A stretch of 63,718 nt of DNA, filler included, from Octopus bimaculoides (GCF_001194135.2; 6 parts of 6 records of this genome joined end to end with filler, not necessarily neighbours in it); one strand, 5' to 3'. Shown: positions 25,118 through 38,315, counted from the whole stretch's first letter. Numbers and translations: made by a program. Notes: generated from the letters alone by a model not told the origin.

Positions 25118-25233
25118 CGATCAAATACAGCCGTTGAGAGGAATGATGTTGCAACAGAAATTGATCCAGAAATTGATGTAGCGATAGTGAATAAATTTTC
25201 ACAAAAAGAATTTATCGTACAGTCCTGTACGCA
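25118..25233 (-). other. Candidate coding exon, hydrophobic helix ending in FDR (membrane protein?)
   Basis: ttgtag acceptor (weak) and CG|gtatgt donor; open frame CVQDCTINSFCENLFTIATSISGSISVATSFLSTAVFDR. Confidence 0.3.
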
Positions 25234-25367
25234 CTACAAAGCATTGTTGTATTCCAAGTACTGTCCTGCCTAAAAATATTGTTTTCAGTGTGATAAGTTT
25301 CTTAGCAGGGGAAATATTTTTGAAATATAATATATATGAATGTTATTGAACGTCCACTGGTCCAGTT

Positions 25368-25400
<33 letters not shown>

Positions 25401-25743
25401 TCATATATTATATATTTTCAAACCAAGAGAAAAGGGGTGATACACCATATATAACAATGACCGGCATGTGTTTGAGCTGCAGCAGCTACACATTGTTCTG
25501 TATTATGCAATTATGCATCCTAGTCGCTACAATTTAAGGATCCATCGCATTTGACGTTTTCAAAGTGAACTAACTCAAAGCAGCTTCCCACGTTGTTATT
25601 CATTTAAAGTTAGTAGCGTTACTCTTGAAATCAAATTGAATTCTGGTCGTATAATCATCCATACTGGTGTTACAGTTGAATCGTAGTTTTAAAATGTTTA
25701 TTTACATTACAAATAATTGTAGCAGTTTTCTTTACATTTTACT

Positions 25744-25792
25744 TTTTTTACGGAGTACATTTTTTACGGAGTACATTTTTTACGGAGTACAT
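25744..25792. repeat. 16-17-bp tandem repeat x3 (TTTTTACGGAGTACAT)
   Basis: Direct reading. Confidence 0.93.
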
Positions 25793-25842
25793 CATTTATT
25801 CAGAAGTATTTCACTTATTTTGCGTTTATATTCTCAATTAAT

Positions 25843-25894
25843 ATCATCATGATGATCATCATGATCACCATGATCATCATGATCATCATCATCG

Positions 25895-25925
<31 letters not shown>

Positions 25926-25950
25926 AGTCATCGTCATCATCACCATCATT
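25843..25950. repeat. (ATC)n trinucleotide microsatellite
   Basis: Direct reading; explains the poly-D and poly-M ORFs. Confidence 0.95.
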
Positions 25951-27491
25951 ATTATGATTATTATTACATTTATTAGAATTATTTTCATTAATATCATTAA
26001 TCATCACAATCATTAATTTAAGTAGTATAATTACTATAAATGGTAAGTTATGCGTCTTTAAATCGTTTAAATATTCAGTGTGGGTATCTCGTTGCCTCTT
26101 CATGTCTATTGTTTATAAGAGTGAATTTAAAAGTGAAAATTTGTTATATAGTAAAGTAAACGTTTTTGTATGCCTGTTGCATTTACTTTTGTTCTTTGTG
26201 CATGCAGATATTTTCTCAAGTTTTTCTTTTTTTTTACATTGTACACATTTCTCGCAATGTTGCCTCTTTGCAATCTCTGTGCCTTTGTACTCCCTTAACT
26301 TTCCGTCCACCCTTCATTAGTTCCGGTTTCGAGACTTGCAGGGGGGAGGGGCATGTAGGCAGTTACCTCCCTTGAAACTAGTTGTCTCATCCATTGGCCA
26401 CTGGATGGCGCATGTCGTCGTAATGCATTATGGGAGAATTAGATCTATAGTTTTTGGACGGCGCAACGAAAGCGATTAGACATATTTTCTTTCTGTGGCA
26501 ATTACAAGTGATGTAACTGTCTAACATAACCACCTCTCATGAATATGAATACGAACGCACATAAACTGCCTTTATCCCTCTCTATACAATTACTGTAATT
26601 CGCATGCAGTATAAGAATTAAAACGATTTACGATCATATTTTCAAATTCTTATAGTCTTTTTATTCTTGTATTTGGAGAATGTCTGCTTTCTACGTTTCA
26701 GCTTTCTTTGTTAGGAGCAAAATTCATAAAACCTAATTTAGTACTTCTCCCAAAACTTTTCCAGATATTCTGCGATGAATTTTTAGGATAAAACTGATAA
26801 CGGACTTTATAGCCATATATTTCTCTCAACTATTTCTGCTATACTCTGCGTTTAACATACTTATCTTCCACCTAACACATGCTCAAAATAAATCAGTCAA
26901 ATTCCTTAAACTTGACTTCAATTCAAACTCTAGAAATGACAACATCATGAGCAATGATGCATGGATACATTTAACTGGATGAAATATAAATACAACGGAA
27001 CCAGGAGGATGCAATTGGACACCGCATCCTAGGATATCTGTGTAGTAGAAATATGTATGGGAAAAGGTTTCAAGAAGATATAGTGTATGAAAAAAATGTA
27101 CTGTAATGAAAAAAAAAACGGTAGATGTATAATTCCTCATCTACGTAGTGTCTTAGAAATATACTCTGTAAACTGCTTATAATCAAAAGAAGGCAACTCA
27201 GGATTTGGCTGACAGGGGAAATATGGTGTGATTCCTTTCTTTACGCAATCTCCTGTTATCACTTATCATTCGATGTGGTTAATCGGAATCTGTATTATAC
27301 TAGCCTACTTGAAAAGTACGTGTCCGGAATCAATGCCCTATCTATTGAATGGATATAAATGTATGCATGTATGTATGTATATATACATACATATACATAT
27401 ATATATATATANNNNNNNNNNNNNNNNNNNNNNNNNNNNNNNNNNNNNNNNNNNNNNNNNTAAACATACGTATTTTAATATATATAAACAA

Positions 27492-27699
27492 GGCGGTGTG
27501 CTGGCAGAAACGTTAGCACGCCGGGCAAAATGCTTAGCGGTATTTCGTCTGTCTTTACGTTCTGCGTTCAAATTCCACCAAGGTCGACTTTGCCTTTCAT
27601 CTTTTGGGGTCGATAAATGAAGTACCAGTTACGTACTGGGGTTGATCTAACCAACTGGCCCCTCCTCCAAAATTCCTGGCCTTGTGTCTAGATTAGAAA
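27492..27699 (+). mobile_element. tRNA-derived cephalopod-type SINE, near full length
   Basis: GGCGGTGTGCTGGCAGAAACGTTAGCACG head, GCGTTCAAATTCC B-box-like motif, GGGGTCGATAAATGAAGTACCAGTT body; homologues at 3652, 46678, 60232. Confidence 0.88.
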
Positions 27700-27721
27700 T
27701 GTAGATATAAATATACATATG

Positions 27722-27769
<48 letters not shown>

Positions 27770-28385
27770 GAGGGTTTGAAAATGCAGAGGCCTTCTAAAC
27801 ATGTTTATTGGCTTGACCGGTTTCACTTTAAAAAAAGAAAAAAATGTTTATCAAAAGTAAGATGTAAAGGTTTGTATGAGCTTTGTTGTGTTAAAAAATA
27901 GAAACTTTGACAATAATAAGAAAATGTTAAGAGGAGCTTTTTGTTTAAACAGTTTACATGAAAGTGTTCAAAATAGGTATTAAAATAAATTTAGAATTAT
28001 TTTTTAAGTTCATCAGAAATCATGGTTGGATAGAAGCATACATACAGAAATAATCATATTTACGTATTAATACATAATTTTAGCGGAATGACCAGCATTT
28101 CCATCCTTCATCTCCTGTCTTGTAGTTTGTGTATAAGAAATGTTTGCTATTTTTAGAAATAGTGTGGACGCTTGTTTGGTATGTGTTTAAGTATTGGATT
28201 TAAGAGTATATTAATGAAGTTGCTTAATCTGTGTATACTCAAGTACATGCATATAACATCCCCACTAACACAACACATACAAAAATACAGACGCACACAC
28301 AGACGCACATATACACACACACAAACGTGCACACATACACGCACCACCCTGCTAAATATAAAGCACACACATACACAGAATCATA

Positions 28386-28433
<48 letters not shown>

Positions 28434-29202
28434 NNNNNNNNNNNNNNNNNNNNNNNNNNNNNNNNNNNNNNNNNNNNNNNNNNNNNNNNNNNNNNNNNNN
28501 NNNNNNNNNNNNNNNNNNNNNNNNNNNNNNNNNNNNNNNNNNNNNNNNNNNNNNNNNNNNNNNNNNNNNNNNNNNNNNNNNNNNNNNNNNNNNNNNNNNN
28601 NNNNNNNNNNNNNNNNNNNNNNNNNNNNNNNNNNNNNNNNNNNNNNNNNNNNNNNNNNNNNNNNNNNNNNNNNNNNNNNNNNNNNNNNNNNNNNNNNNNN
28701 NNNNNNNNNNNNNNNNNNNNNNNNNNNNNNNNNNNNNNNNNNNNNNNNNNNNNNNNNNNNNNNNNNNNNNNNNNNNNNNNNNNNNNNNNNNNNNNNNNNN
28801 NNNNNNNNNNNNNNNNNNNNNNNNNNNNNNNNNNNNATAATTATAAATTTACTTTACTACCTATTTTGAACACTTTCATGTAAACTGTTTAAACAAAAAG
28901 CCCCTCTTAACATTTTCTTATCATTTTTAAAGAGTCTATTTTTTTACTATTTTCTTATCATTATCAAAGATTGCATAACTCTATTTTAATACAACTGTGA
29001 TAACCATTTTTTTAACACAACAAAGCTTTATTTCCATTATTTACATTTGACGGATATTTGTCCTCATCTTGTTTGTTGTTAACACAACGTTTCGGCTGAT
29101 ATACCCTCCAGCCTTCATCTATTGTTGTTGTTGTTGTTGTTGGTGTTGTTGTTGTTGTTGTTGTTATTATTATTATTATTATTATTACTATTATTATTCA
29201 GG

Positions 29203-29832
29203 TCACTGCCTGGAATCCTTCCTTAATACCGGTTCCCATATGCTGTTTATATCTGCACTCGGTCTGCTTAGGAGGTTGTTATGTCCTAGCATATGTGCTG
29301 CTTCTTTTAGTTTTCGTATTTTTCAGTGGTGTTCTCTGTCTATTATTTTAACTTCATCCCACAGGGGGAGGTGGTCTCCATTTTTCCATACATGATCAGC
29401 TATACTCGATTAATCAATATCTCCTCGTGTCACAGCTTTGCGTTGTTCATCTACCCTTATTTTGAGAGGGCGACATGTTTCGCCTTTGTACAACCTACCA
29501 CAGCTGCATGGGATGGGGTACACGCAGTTCTTGGTCATATTCTCTTCTATTGATGGTTTTACCCGAAGGAGATATTTGCAAAGCGTTGTAATTACTCTTG
29601 AATACTGTCCTGATGTCATATGGGCCGCATATCTTATGTATGTTTTAGGAGAGGGCTTTCACATAGGGTAGACAGACTATAGACAATTTATCGGTTTCAT
29701 TCTCTCTTTTCTTCATAATTGGATTAGAGAGTATGCTACGGGGTAGTTGTTGCTTGATAGATTGTTACTGAGCTTGATCATTACTTCGTGGTGGGTATCA
29801 CGATCGCTACTTATATACATTGCTCGATGTGT
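29203..29832 (-). pseudogene. Penelope RT thumb/linker + GIY-YIG endonuclease C-terminal relic
   Basis: CLPYVKALS*NIHKICGPYDIRTVFKS, NCVYPIPCSCGRLYKGETCRPLKIRVDEQRKAV, WDEVKIIDREHH*KIRKLKEAAHMLG...WEPVLRKDSRQ* (stop at 29203-29205). Confidence 0.9.
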
Positions 29833-29993
29833 TAGGAAAAATGGAGACCACTTACTCCTGTGAGATGAAGTTAAAAGAATAGACAGAGAACACCACTGGA
29901 AGATACAAAAAAACTAAAAGAAGCATAACAACCTCCTAAGCAGATATGAACAGCATATGGGAACCGGTATTAAGGAAAGATTCCAGGCAGTGG

Positions 29994-30046
<53 letters not shown>

Positions 30047-30100
30047 GCAACATCGAAGAAATATCTTAGGAATGAGGACCCAGGTTCGAAATGTCCCCAA

Positions 30101-30146
30101 AACACCTGATGAAGGCTGGAGGGTATATCAACCGAAACGTTGTGTT
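30101..30146 (+). ncRNA. Minimal type I hammerhead ribozyme motif (stem II has one mismatch)
   Basis: AACAC-CTGATGA-A-GGCTG-loop-CAACC-GAAAC-GTT-GTGTT; stem I AACAC/GTGTT; core intact. Confidence 0.65.
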
Positions 30147-30394
30147 AACAACAAACAAGATGAGGACAAAGATCCGTCAAATGTAAATAATGTACATAAT
30201 TCCTCATCTCTTAAATATAGAACTGTGCAACAAAGCTTATACAAAAAGTTGCATTTTAACTTTGATAATCTTTTTTTTTTATAAAGTGAAACCGGCCAAG
30301 TCAATAAACATTTTAGAAGACCTCTGCATTTTCAAACTCTCTTTCCTATATTTGTTTCACTCGTGCTTTACTTTATTATATATATATGTATATA

Positions 30395-30494
30395 NNNNNN
30401 NNNNNNNNNNNNNNNNNNNNNNNNNNNNNNNNNNNNNNTTAATTAATTAANNNNNNNNNNNNNNNNNNNNNNNNNNNNNNNNNNNNNNNNNNNN
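30395..30494. other. Artificial scaffold spacer (44N-TTAATTAATTAA-44N)
   Basis: Linker at 30439-30450; 100 bp total. Confidence 0.95.
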
Positions 30495-31185
30495 CCACTC
30501 CATCCGTAATGTTTTTCCGGTCTGTCGCATCATCCGAGTATAATTCGTTTTCATAATAAAACTTTTAAATGCATGTTTCTGTGAATTCATTCGTTTTCAT
30601 CTGACCCCAAATCAGGTTGTATCGTCCCCTCTATGTCGCCCCTTGTGGGTAATAAAAAGATTCTTCGTGAAACGTGAGTTACTGTTATTGTGTTATTTTC
30701 AAGAACTGTTTTATTGCTTTTTTACAAACCTAATTGTTTTTAATTCCCCGCTTTGGGAGAATTCATGTTGAATAGATGTTATAATGCCTATGTCTTATAT
30801 AATATCGACGTTTTTATATCTTATTGCGTATATATTTTGTACTTATTTTACTTATATATTTTTTTAAATACCTATGTATTTATAACTGTTTTTAAATATT
30901 TTTAGATATTTGCGGGTTTATATAACTATATAAATGTCTATATGCTTGTATCTTATTAATACTTTTGTTATGTTGTGCTGTATGCCGCTTTAATAATGTC
31001 GAAGTAAGTGTACATATATATTATATATTCTGCTGAATAATAGGTCATGTCCCTCTAGATTTCCGCCCATACTGCCTCCACTCAAATTATTTATTGGAAC
31101 TTAGCTCAATTTGAGGACTTCGAGTCTAGCCTGTCTACAAGTATTGTTAATTGATAACAATATCTATAGAATAACATAATTTGTG

Positions 31186-31225
<40 letters not shown>

Positions 31226-31269
31226 NNNNNNNNNNNNNNNNNNNNNNNNNNNNNNNNNNNNNNNNNNNN

Positions 31270-31309
<40 letters not shown>

Positions 31310-31312
31310 ATA

Positions 31313-31740
31313 TCAGGTCATTAAGAATGAAATATCCGATTTTCTTATGCACCAAGTTTGACAATTGTTAACACTAATGATTTATCCTGACAATATTTTG
31401 TTTTACAACATTGAAGAGTTACATCATCCGTTTTCGAAATGCAATTGATTGTGTCTGATTACATTCTGAGTTTTCTCTTGTCAATCAATTTTTGTAAACC
31501 CGTAGATAGGTAAAAAATTCGTGTTGTTTACGAATATTATTTCCGTCGTGATATTAATGCATCCCAGAGAGCTCGAAACATCATGTTTGGTGACGATATG
31601 GCGAATGATCGCACTGTACGTCCATGGTTAAAAAGTTCTGCTCTGGCGATTTTACTCTTGAAAATCAGATCCGTGGTAGACATGAGACCATGGTGGGTAA
31701 TGATGAACTGGAACCCTCGTCCTAACGATCAGGAGCCGAC
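31313..31740 (+). mobile_element. Mariner 5' end with N-terminal transposase HTH relic
   Basis: TA|TCAGGTCATT start; KIRVVYEYYFRRDINASQRARNI-MFGDDMANDRTVRPWLK.F.SGDFTLENQIRGR resembles the mariner HTH_48 region. Confidence 0.85.
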
Positions 31741-31804
31741 TACCGCAACCATTAAACCACCCGTCTTAGCATATAAACCGATAGATACATAAAAGCAGTT
31801 GCAA

Positions 31805-31860
31805 AATGTGGAGCTGAACCTGGTACCGTGTGGTTGGGAAGTAAACTTCCTACTACAGAT
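31805..31860 (-). mobile_element. SINE tRNA-like head fragment
   Basis: GCTGAACCTGGTACCGTGTGGTTGGGAAGTAAACTT resembles 57853-57888. Confidence 0.6.
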
Positions 31861-31965
31861 GCGCCTATTATACACACACACGCACACACACATCTACATA
31901 TATATATATACATACACACATATATATATACACATACACACACACACACACACATACACACACAC

Positions 31966-31996
<31 letters not shown>

Positions 31997-32611
31997 TATA
32001 TACATACATGCATACATACACACACATAAATACGCATATATATAAATACAAAAACATGGTGTCTGTTAGTTCGATGCGCACATACTGAGATGTTTAGATA
32101 TGCACATACATAGGCAAAATGAGAGTAGTGATGTAGTTTCACATATCGTATTAAGCTACGAGCATTCCTATACCTGAACATTATTTGTGTGCAACTGTCT
32201 GGTTAAATAGCTGAATTACTTTCCTAACCTATTCAAGAATCTAGACACATGTTAATAGTCTTTAGATATATAGTAATTTCCTATCAAAGTTTTACGATAG
32301 ATAGTTTTTTCTTTTTTTTTTTTCCCCCTTCTTTTTTTTCAAAAATAGATTGGATGCTATAGAATAGAAGTTCCAAATAGAAGGAGATTATGATATCTAA
32401 CCTGAACCAAACTGCAAAAAGAAAGCAGATGAATATATAACCGGCAGACATACAAAGGAGCACACACAAACACACGCACTCATACGCATGCAGGTACTCA
32501 TATATGGAAATATATATATATATATATACAGATGTGTGTGCGTGTATGTGTGTATAGATACATATATATGCGTGTGTGTGTATATAGATATAGATAAATA
32601 TGTGTGTGTGT

Positions 32612-33430
32612 GTGTTTGCGTATACTTTTTGATTATATGTATATTTATATATAGAGAGAGAGATGGAAAAATATGCATTCATATATATATATATATGTAT
32701 ATATAAACATGTATATATATATATTTATTCATATATATATATATATACATGTTTATATATATATATACATGTTTATATATATATATACATGTTTATATAT
32801 ATATATATATACATGTTTATATATATATATATATACATGTTTATATATATATATATACATGTTTATATATATATATATACATGTTTATATATATATATAT
32901 ACATGTTTATATATATATATATNNNNNNNNNNNNNNNNNNNNNNNNNNNNNNNNNNNNNNNNNNNNNNNNNNNNNNNNNNNNNNNNNNNNNNNNNNNNNN
33001 NNNNNNNNNNNNNNNNNNNNNNNNNNNNNNNNNNNNNNNNNNNNNNNNNNNNNNNNNNNNNNNNNNNNNNNNNNNNNNNNNNNNNNNNNNNNNNNNNNNN
33101 NNNNNNNNNNNNNNNNNNNNNNNNNNNNNNNNNNNNNNNNNNNNNNNNNNNNNNNNNNNNNNNNNNNNNNNNNNNNNNNNNNNNNNNNNNNNNNNNNNNN
33201 NNNNNNNNNNNNNNNNNNNNNNNNNNNNNNNNNNNNNNNNNNNNNNNNNNNNNNNNNNNNNNNNNNNNNNNNNNNNNNNNNNNNNNNNNNNNNNNNNNNN
33301 NNNNNNNNNNNNNNNNNNNNNNNNNNNNNNNNGTTTATATATATATATATATATATATATATGAATGCATATTTTTCCACCTCTCTCTCTGTATATAAAT
33401 ATACATATAATTAAAAAGTATACGCAAACA

Positions 33431-33432
<2 letters not shown>
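32612..33432. repeat. Inverted repeat (~70-bp unique arms) around an ACATGTTT(AT)n minisatellite and N gap
   Basis: 32612-32681 is the reverse complement of 33361-33432 with 3-4 substitutions. Confidence 0.85.
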
Positions 33433-33469
<37 letters not shown>

Positions 33470-35239
33470 ATATCTATAAATACAAGTATATACCCACATA
33501 TATAAGCAGATAAATGTATATCAATGGATGCGTGCGTGTGTGCGTGCTTGTCAACGCTTGCATCTGTGAATATATGTATGGACACGCACACATATACATG
33601 TATCAATACAACTATACACGTGTCTGTCTGTGCGTGTGTGTTTACATACAACACACACAGACACGCCCGCGTGCATACAAGCACATTACTTTTGTACTCA
33701 CCAAGAAAGAGACAAATACATATTTCTCAGTGTTATTGAATATTTCGGTTTCGACTGATGAATTAACAAATGTATTGTTCTACGCACTTTCTCTTTTTTT
33801 TTCCAATTTTCTAGCTCTTTCTCTCTACACTTACAACAAACAAACAAATATACACACAATCGCGTACACACGCCCACGCCCACGCCCACGCCCACACACA
33901 TATATATGTACATATATATATTTATATATATGTATGTATGTTTGTGTGTATTGATTAACAGACAAAATTTCACAAAGTCTACCGACAGTGGCACCATTTT
34001 TGCTGCTGTATGAAAAAAATAATAAAACAAAATGAAAGCCGAAAAATCACATGAACGTAAAATTAAGTCTTATCAGTTTCCTGCTGAAGTCGGGAACAGA
34101 ACGATAATGAAAACAATTCAGTTGTTTAAAAATTCACAGAAGACGAAAAAAAAAAAAATCAAGACACAAATAAATAAGCAAATAATAAAATTAAATAGAA
34201 CATCTCCTGTACAGAAAATTGTTTTATTTTGCAGCTGAGCACATATATCCGGAGACACATATGGTAGGGGGGATAATAAAAAAAAGACCCTATGAAAATG
34301 TTAGGATTTTTTCATATTTTGAATGCCTGTTCGTGACAATTGGTTAAATAGTCTCAGGAAATAGTGTCGGGTCTTAGTTAACTAAGCTATGAACGAGATT
34401 TGATTCATTTCCATTTTGCGTTATCTTAGTGTAGGGTCCATGAAAATGTTTCCTTTCGTGATCGCTCTAAACCATGGCTTCGTTTAACAAGCTTAAGACG
34501 ACCTTTTGATTGTTCTCTACCTTGGTCGCAATATTCACGCATGATCACTGGATGAATCACTTTGTTTCTTGTAGCTGTTTAAGTGTCCAGCAAAAACGAT
34601 ATGGCCGTTGTTTTCTCTTTCCTGTGGATGAAGTAGAAAAATCTCCCTATACTTAGCTCTCTGCCTCTCACCTCTCTCTCTTCACACACACACACACACA
34701 CACTCTCTTTTCCTTTCATATACACACTCTTTNNNNNNNNNNNNNNNNNNNNNNNNNNNNNNNNNNNNNNNNNNNNNNNNNNNNNNNNNNNNNNNNNNNN
34801 NNNNNNNNNNNNNNNNNNNNNNNNNNNNNNNNNNNNNNNNNNNNNNNNNNNNNNNNNNNNNNNNNNNNNNNNNNNNNNNNNNNNNNNNNNNNNNNNNNNN
34901 NNNNNNNNNNNNNNNNNNNNNNNNNNNNNNNNNNNNNNNNNNNNNNNNNNNNNNNNNNNNNNNNNNNNNNNNNNNNNNNNCACGCACGCGCACACACACA
35001 CACACACTGAGAGTGAGATGGAATTTTGTATGCATTTATATAGATACTTACATGCTTGTATAGATACACATACGTGTATACATACACGTCCACATAACCA
35101 TTCACACATACGCAAAACATATACACATACACACATATTTATATATGCATTTATACACACACGCACACATATATGTGTGTGCGTATGTACATACGTATAT
35201 ATATTCGTATGTATATATATATATATGTGCGTGTGCATG

Positions 35240-35303
<64 letters not shown>

Positions 35304-35330
35304 TATATACACACACATATTTATATATGC

Positions 35331-35371
<41 letters not shown>

Positions 35372-35439
35372 AGAATAAGGGCAGGGAATTGTCAATTAAT
35401 AATAGAATTAATAATTAACAATTTTGCCAAGTAGTTTAG

Positions 35440-36870
35440 TATGAAAAAACCTTTATCGGTAAAACCATTTATCATCATAAATATACAGGGATTAGCATTG
35501 AGTTGCTTCTCCAACATACTGAAAATTTAGAAATAGCAGTCAAAGAACTACTGATTCTAAACTACAAATTTTTCTCTAAATGGATGGCGATATTTATGGC
35601 ACACATAGAACAAAAAACCGGAGGGGAAAGCATAAACAAAACAAGTCTTATACTATAAAAATGTATAAAATTATCCCATCCTCTGTCTCTACGTCCTGAG
35701 TATTATTGATCGAGGTTAATATAAATACATGATCCTGTGGAATAGGCATTCACAGCATATATCAAATTATTTAGTTCCCGCATTACAACTGTATCCTTTC
35801 ACCGGTCTTCAAATAGAGAAACTATGTAATAATTCTACATGTTTCATCACAATTTTGTCTCCTTCTTAATCATAAACCATTCAGATATTTTCAAAAGATT
35901 TTCCAAGAACGTTTATCGTGAAGTTATAACAATCTTTTTATGCTGTATTCCATCTATAATAGGAATGTTTCTTGATAATGCTGCATATCAATATTGTTTT
36001 GCTTTCAACCCCATTGAATGTGCTTCTCCTTAATTTATTGGGATTTCTTATATATCTGTTACACCATTATTTATCAATTTTCAGTTTGTAACAGTTTTTT
36101 TTACTGTCTGTGTCTGCGATAATTGAGCATACACACATTGACATATGTTTTTCGTTTATGTGGGATCTGTGACAAGATATAAAATCTAACTATTGGTATA
36201 TGTTGGTGCCTTTCTTATAGATATCTATTATGATTGCCTCAGTTTCTTTGAATATCAAAACGTCCAGAACGGGAAGTTCCCCTTTATGAATTTTCACAGA
36301 GATCTTTATCGATTTACGTATATTATTTATTGAGGTAAGGAATCTGATAAGGCCCTTTTTAGTTTTGTTCCAAAACTTGAAGCAGATATACAGGTATTTT
36401 TCCAGTTTATTTCTGATGGGAAATTTAGATCAAAAGTAATTCCAGGCAGGGTATAGATATTTCCTTCTAGGCGTCTCTTTACGAGTGTCCCAAACGTTTG
36501 TGTAATTATCGTTCCCTTTGCCATGCCTTGTATTTGTAAATAATATTAATCATCAAATGCGTATTTATGTTCTAGTACCAATCGTAATCCCTCGAACATA
36601 AATTACTTTGTAAATATATTAGCAGAAATATAAATATTCGATTTGTAGTCACTTATAATCTTTGACCCCACAGTATATTGCAAATGGTCAACGATACCTC
36701 TACAATTCCACATCCTCCTTCGTGTCTGGGTCAAATAGGCAATGGGTTACAAATTATCAACAGCCTAAGAAACCCATCGATTCTCAAACTTCTCCAAAGA
36801 AAGGTGAGATTCACTCCCTGTCATGAATAATGTTTCGTCTATAACGAGACAGTCAGAAACAAAGGTGTGA
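35440..36870 (-). mobile_element. Penelope-like element, decayed RT and endonuclease
   Basis: IQGMAKGTIITQTFGTLV (cf. GTAMG), GELPVLDVLIFKE..IDIYKKGTNIYQ*LDFISCH (cf. LPFLD..YYKPTDT.QYL.F.SCHP). Boundaries are approximate. Confidence 0.8.
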
Positions 36871-37889
36871 ATTATTTTTTTTCTCTACGAGTCATATATT
36901 TCATAAACCTAAACAAAAAATGTGTCTACCCGAGAGTAAAAGCAATGCACATACCAACGTTATCAGTTAACAAGACAAAACACGTATACAAAACGAAAGT
37001 AGTTGACCGCTATTATGTACCACAGACATATTACGTATACCGACTTCATTGCAATGGAAATACGAAAAACAAGCCAAACTCTGAATACAAGCAAAAGGCA
37101 CAACGATCCATTGGTAATACGATGAAGAAAACATTTTAAAATTACAATGATCTAATGCAAAAAGTTGCAACTAACAATAATAATAAATAATTCAACTTTT
37201 GATACGAAGTACAAATGCGAGTACAGAGTGAATTGTTAGATTAAATAGCTTCATATATTGTAAATATTTCAAGGCCAAGAGGTCTTTGAGATTCACTGGA
37301 CTATGTTAAAAACATTTATCAAATATCAATAAACAATTGATCACTTCCCCTTTTGAAGAAAGAGATGAGAGTCAGGGGGAGATAATTAGAGCAGAAAAAC
37401 TAGACATAACATATCATAGCATTGGGTTTTCGTTCCTGCTTATGGTTTCTTTTGCTCTTTTTTTTTTTTTTTTTTTTTTTTTGCTATATGAACGGGATTT
37501 ATTGCAAATTCATGTATGAAATACAGTGAAATTATATAGAAAATCCCATACACTCGCAATAGCAGACATACACCCATTATGATATATATATATATATGTA
37601 TGTATGCATGCATGTATGTATATATGTATGTNNNNNNNNNNNNNNNNNNNNNNNNNNNNNNNNNNNNNNNNNNNNNNNNNNNNNNNNNNNNNNNNNNNNN
37701 NNNNNNNNNNNNNNNNNNNNNNNNNNNNNNNATATATGTATATATATATGTATATATATATATGTATATATTTATATATGTGTGTGTGTGTATGTATTTA
37801 TATATGTGTATATATAGCTAAATCAATATATATATATATATTTGTGTATATATAACAAAAATTTCTATGTATCTCTCTCTGTATGTATG

Positions 37890-37929
<40 letters not shown>

Positions 37930-38270
37930 TTCACCTATATACACATATATAAACATATTAATGTTAATATATGCATGTACAGGGGTGTGTGTGTCTGTTT
38001 GTGTGTACAAACATATTAAAATATATGTATGTATATACCAATATCGATGTTATCAATAGGCAATCACTCATCCATGGTTAGATTAGAAAAATTTATATCT
38101 GTTGGTGTAGAAACGTTTTTCAAGGGGTACAATTGTTGATGGTGCAATGAATAGAAACGAAAATTGACTTCTTTCACAATAACAATTTTTCTGCCAAAAC
38201 TTTCTTTCAAGCTGTCTGAGGAGGCACACCCACACCACGGACACACACAGGCGCACACACTCTCATAAAC

Positions 38271-38272
38271 AT

Positions 38273-38307
<35 letters not shown>

Positions 38308-38315
38308 GTAGATAG
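38271..38315. repeat. (TAGA)n microsatellite
   Basis: Direct reading. Confidence 0.9.

Larger units (their letters stand above)
29029..30227. mobile_element. Penelope-like element with inverted pseudo-LTRs and 11-bp target duplication
   Basis: Minus arm 29832-29029 and plus arm 29835-30227 share the ORF end and tail; CAACAAAGCTT lies at 29018-29028 and 30228-30238. Confidence 0.9.
27770..30341. mobile_element. Long-TIR non-autonomous DNA element; right arm interrupted by a Penelope insertion
   Basis: 27770-28000 is the reverse complement of 28837-29028 joined to 30239-30341, starting GAGRGTTTGAAAATGCAGAGG. An N gap (28434-28836) lies between the arms. Confidence 0.75.

Noticed and set aside
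25744-25792. CRISPR-like short repeats (also 1911-2000, 60095-60540)
   Set aside because: Head-to-tail tandem units with no unique spacers, no cas genes, eukaryotic context.
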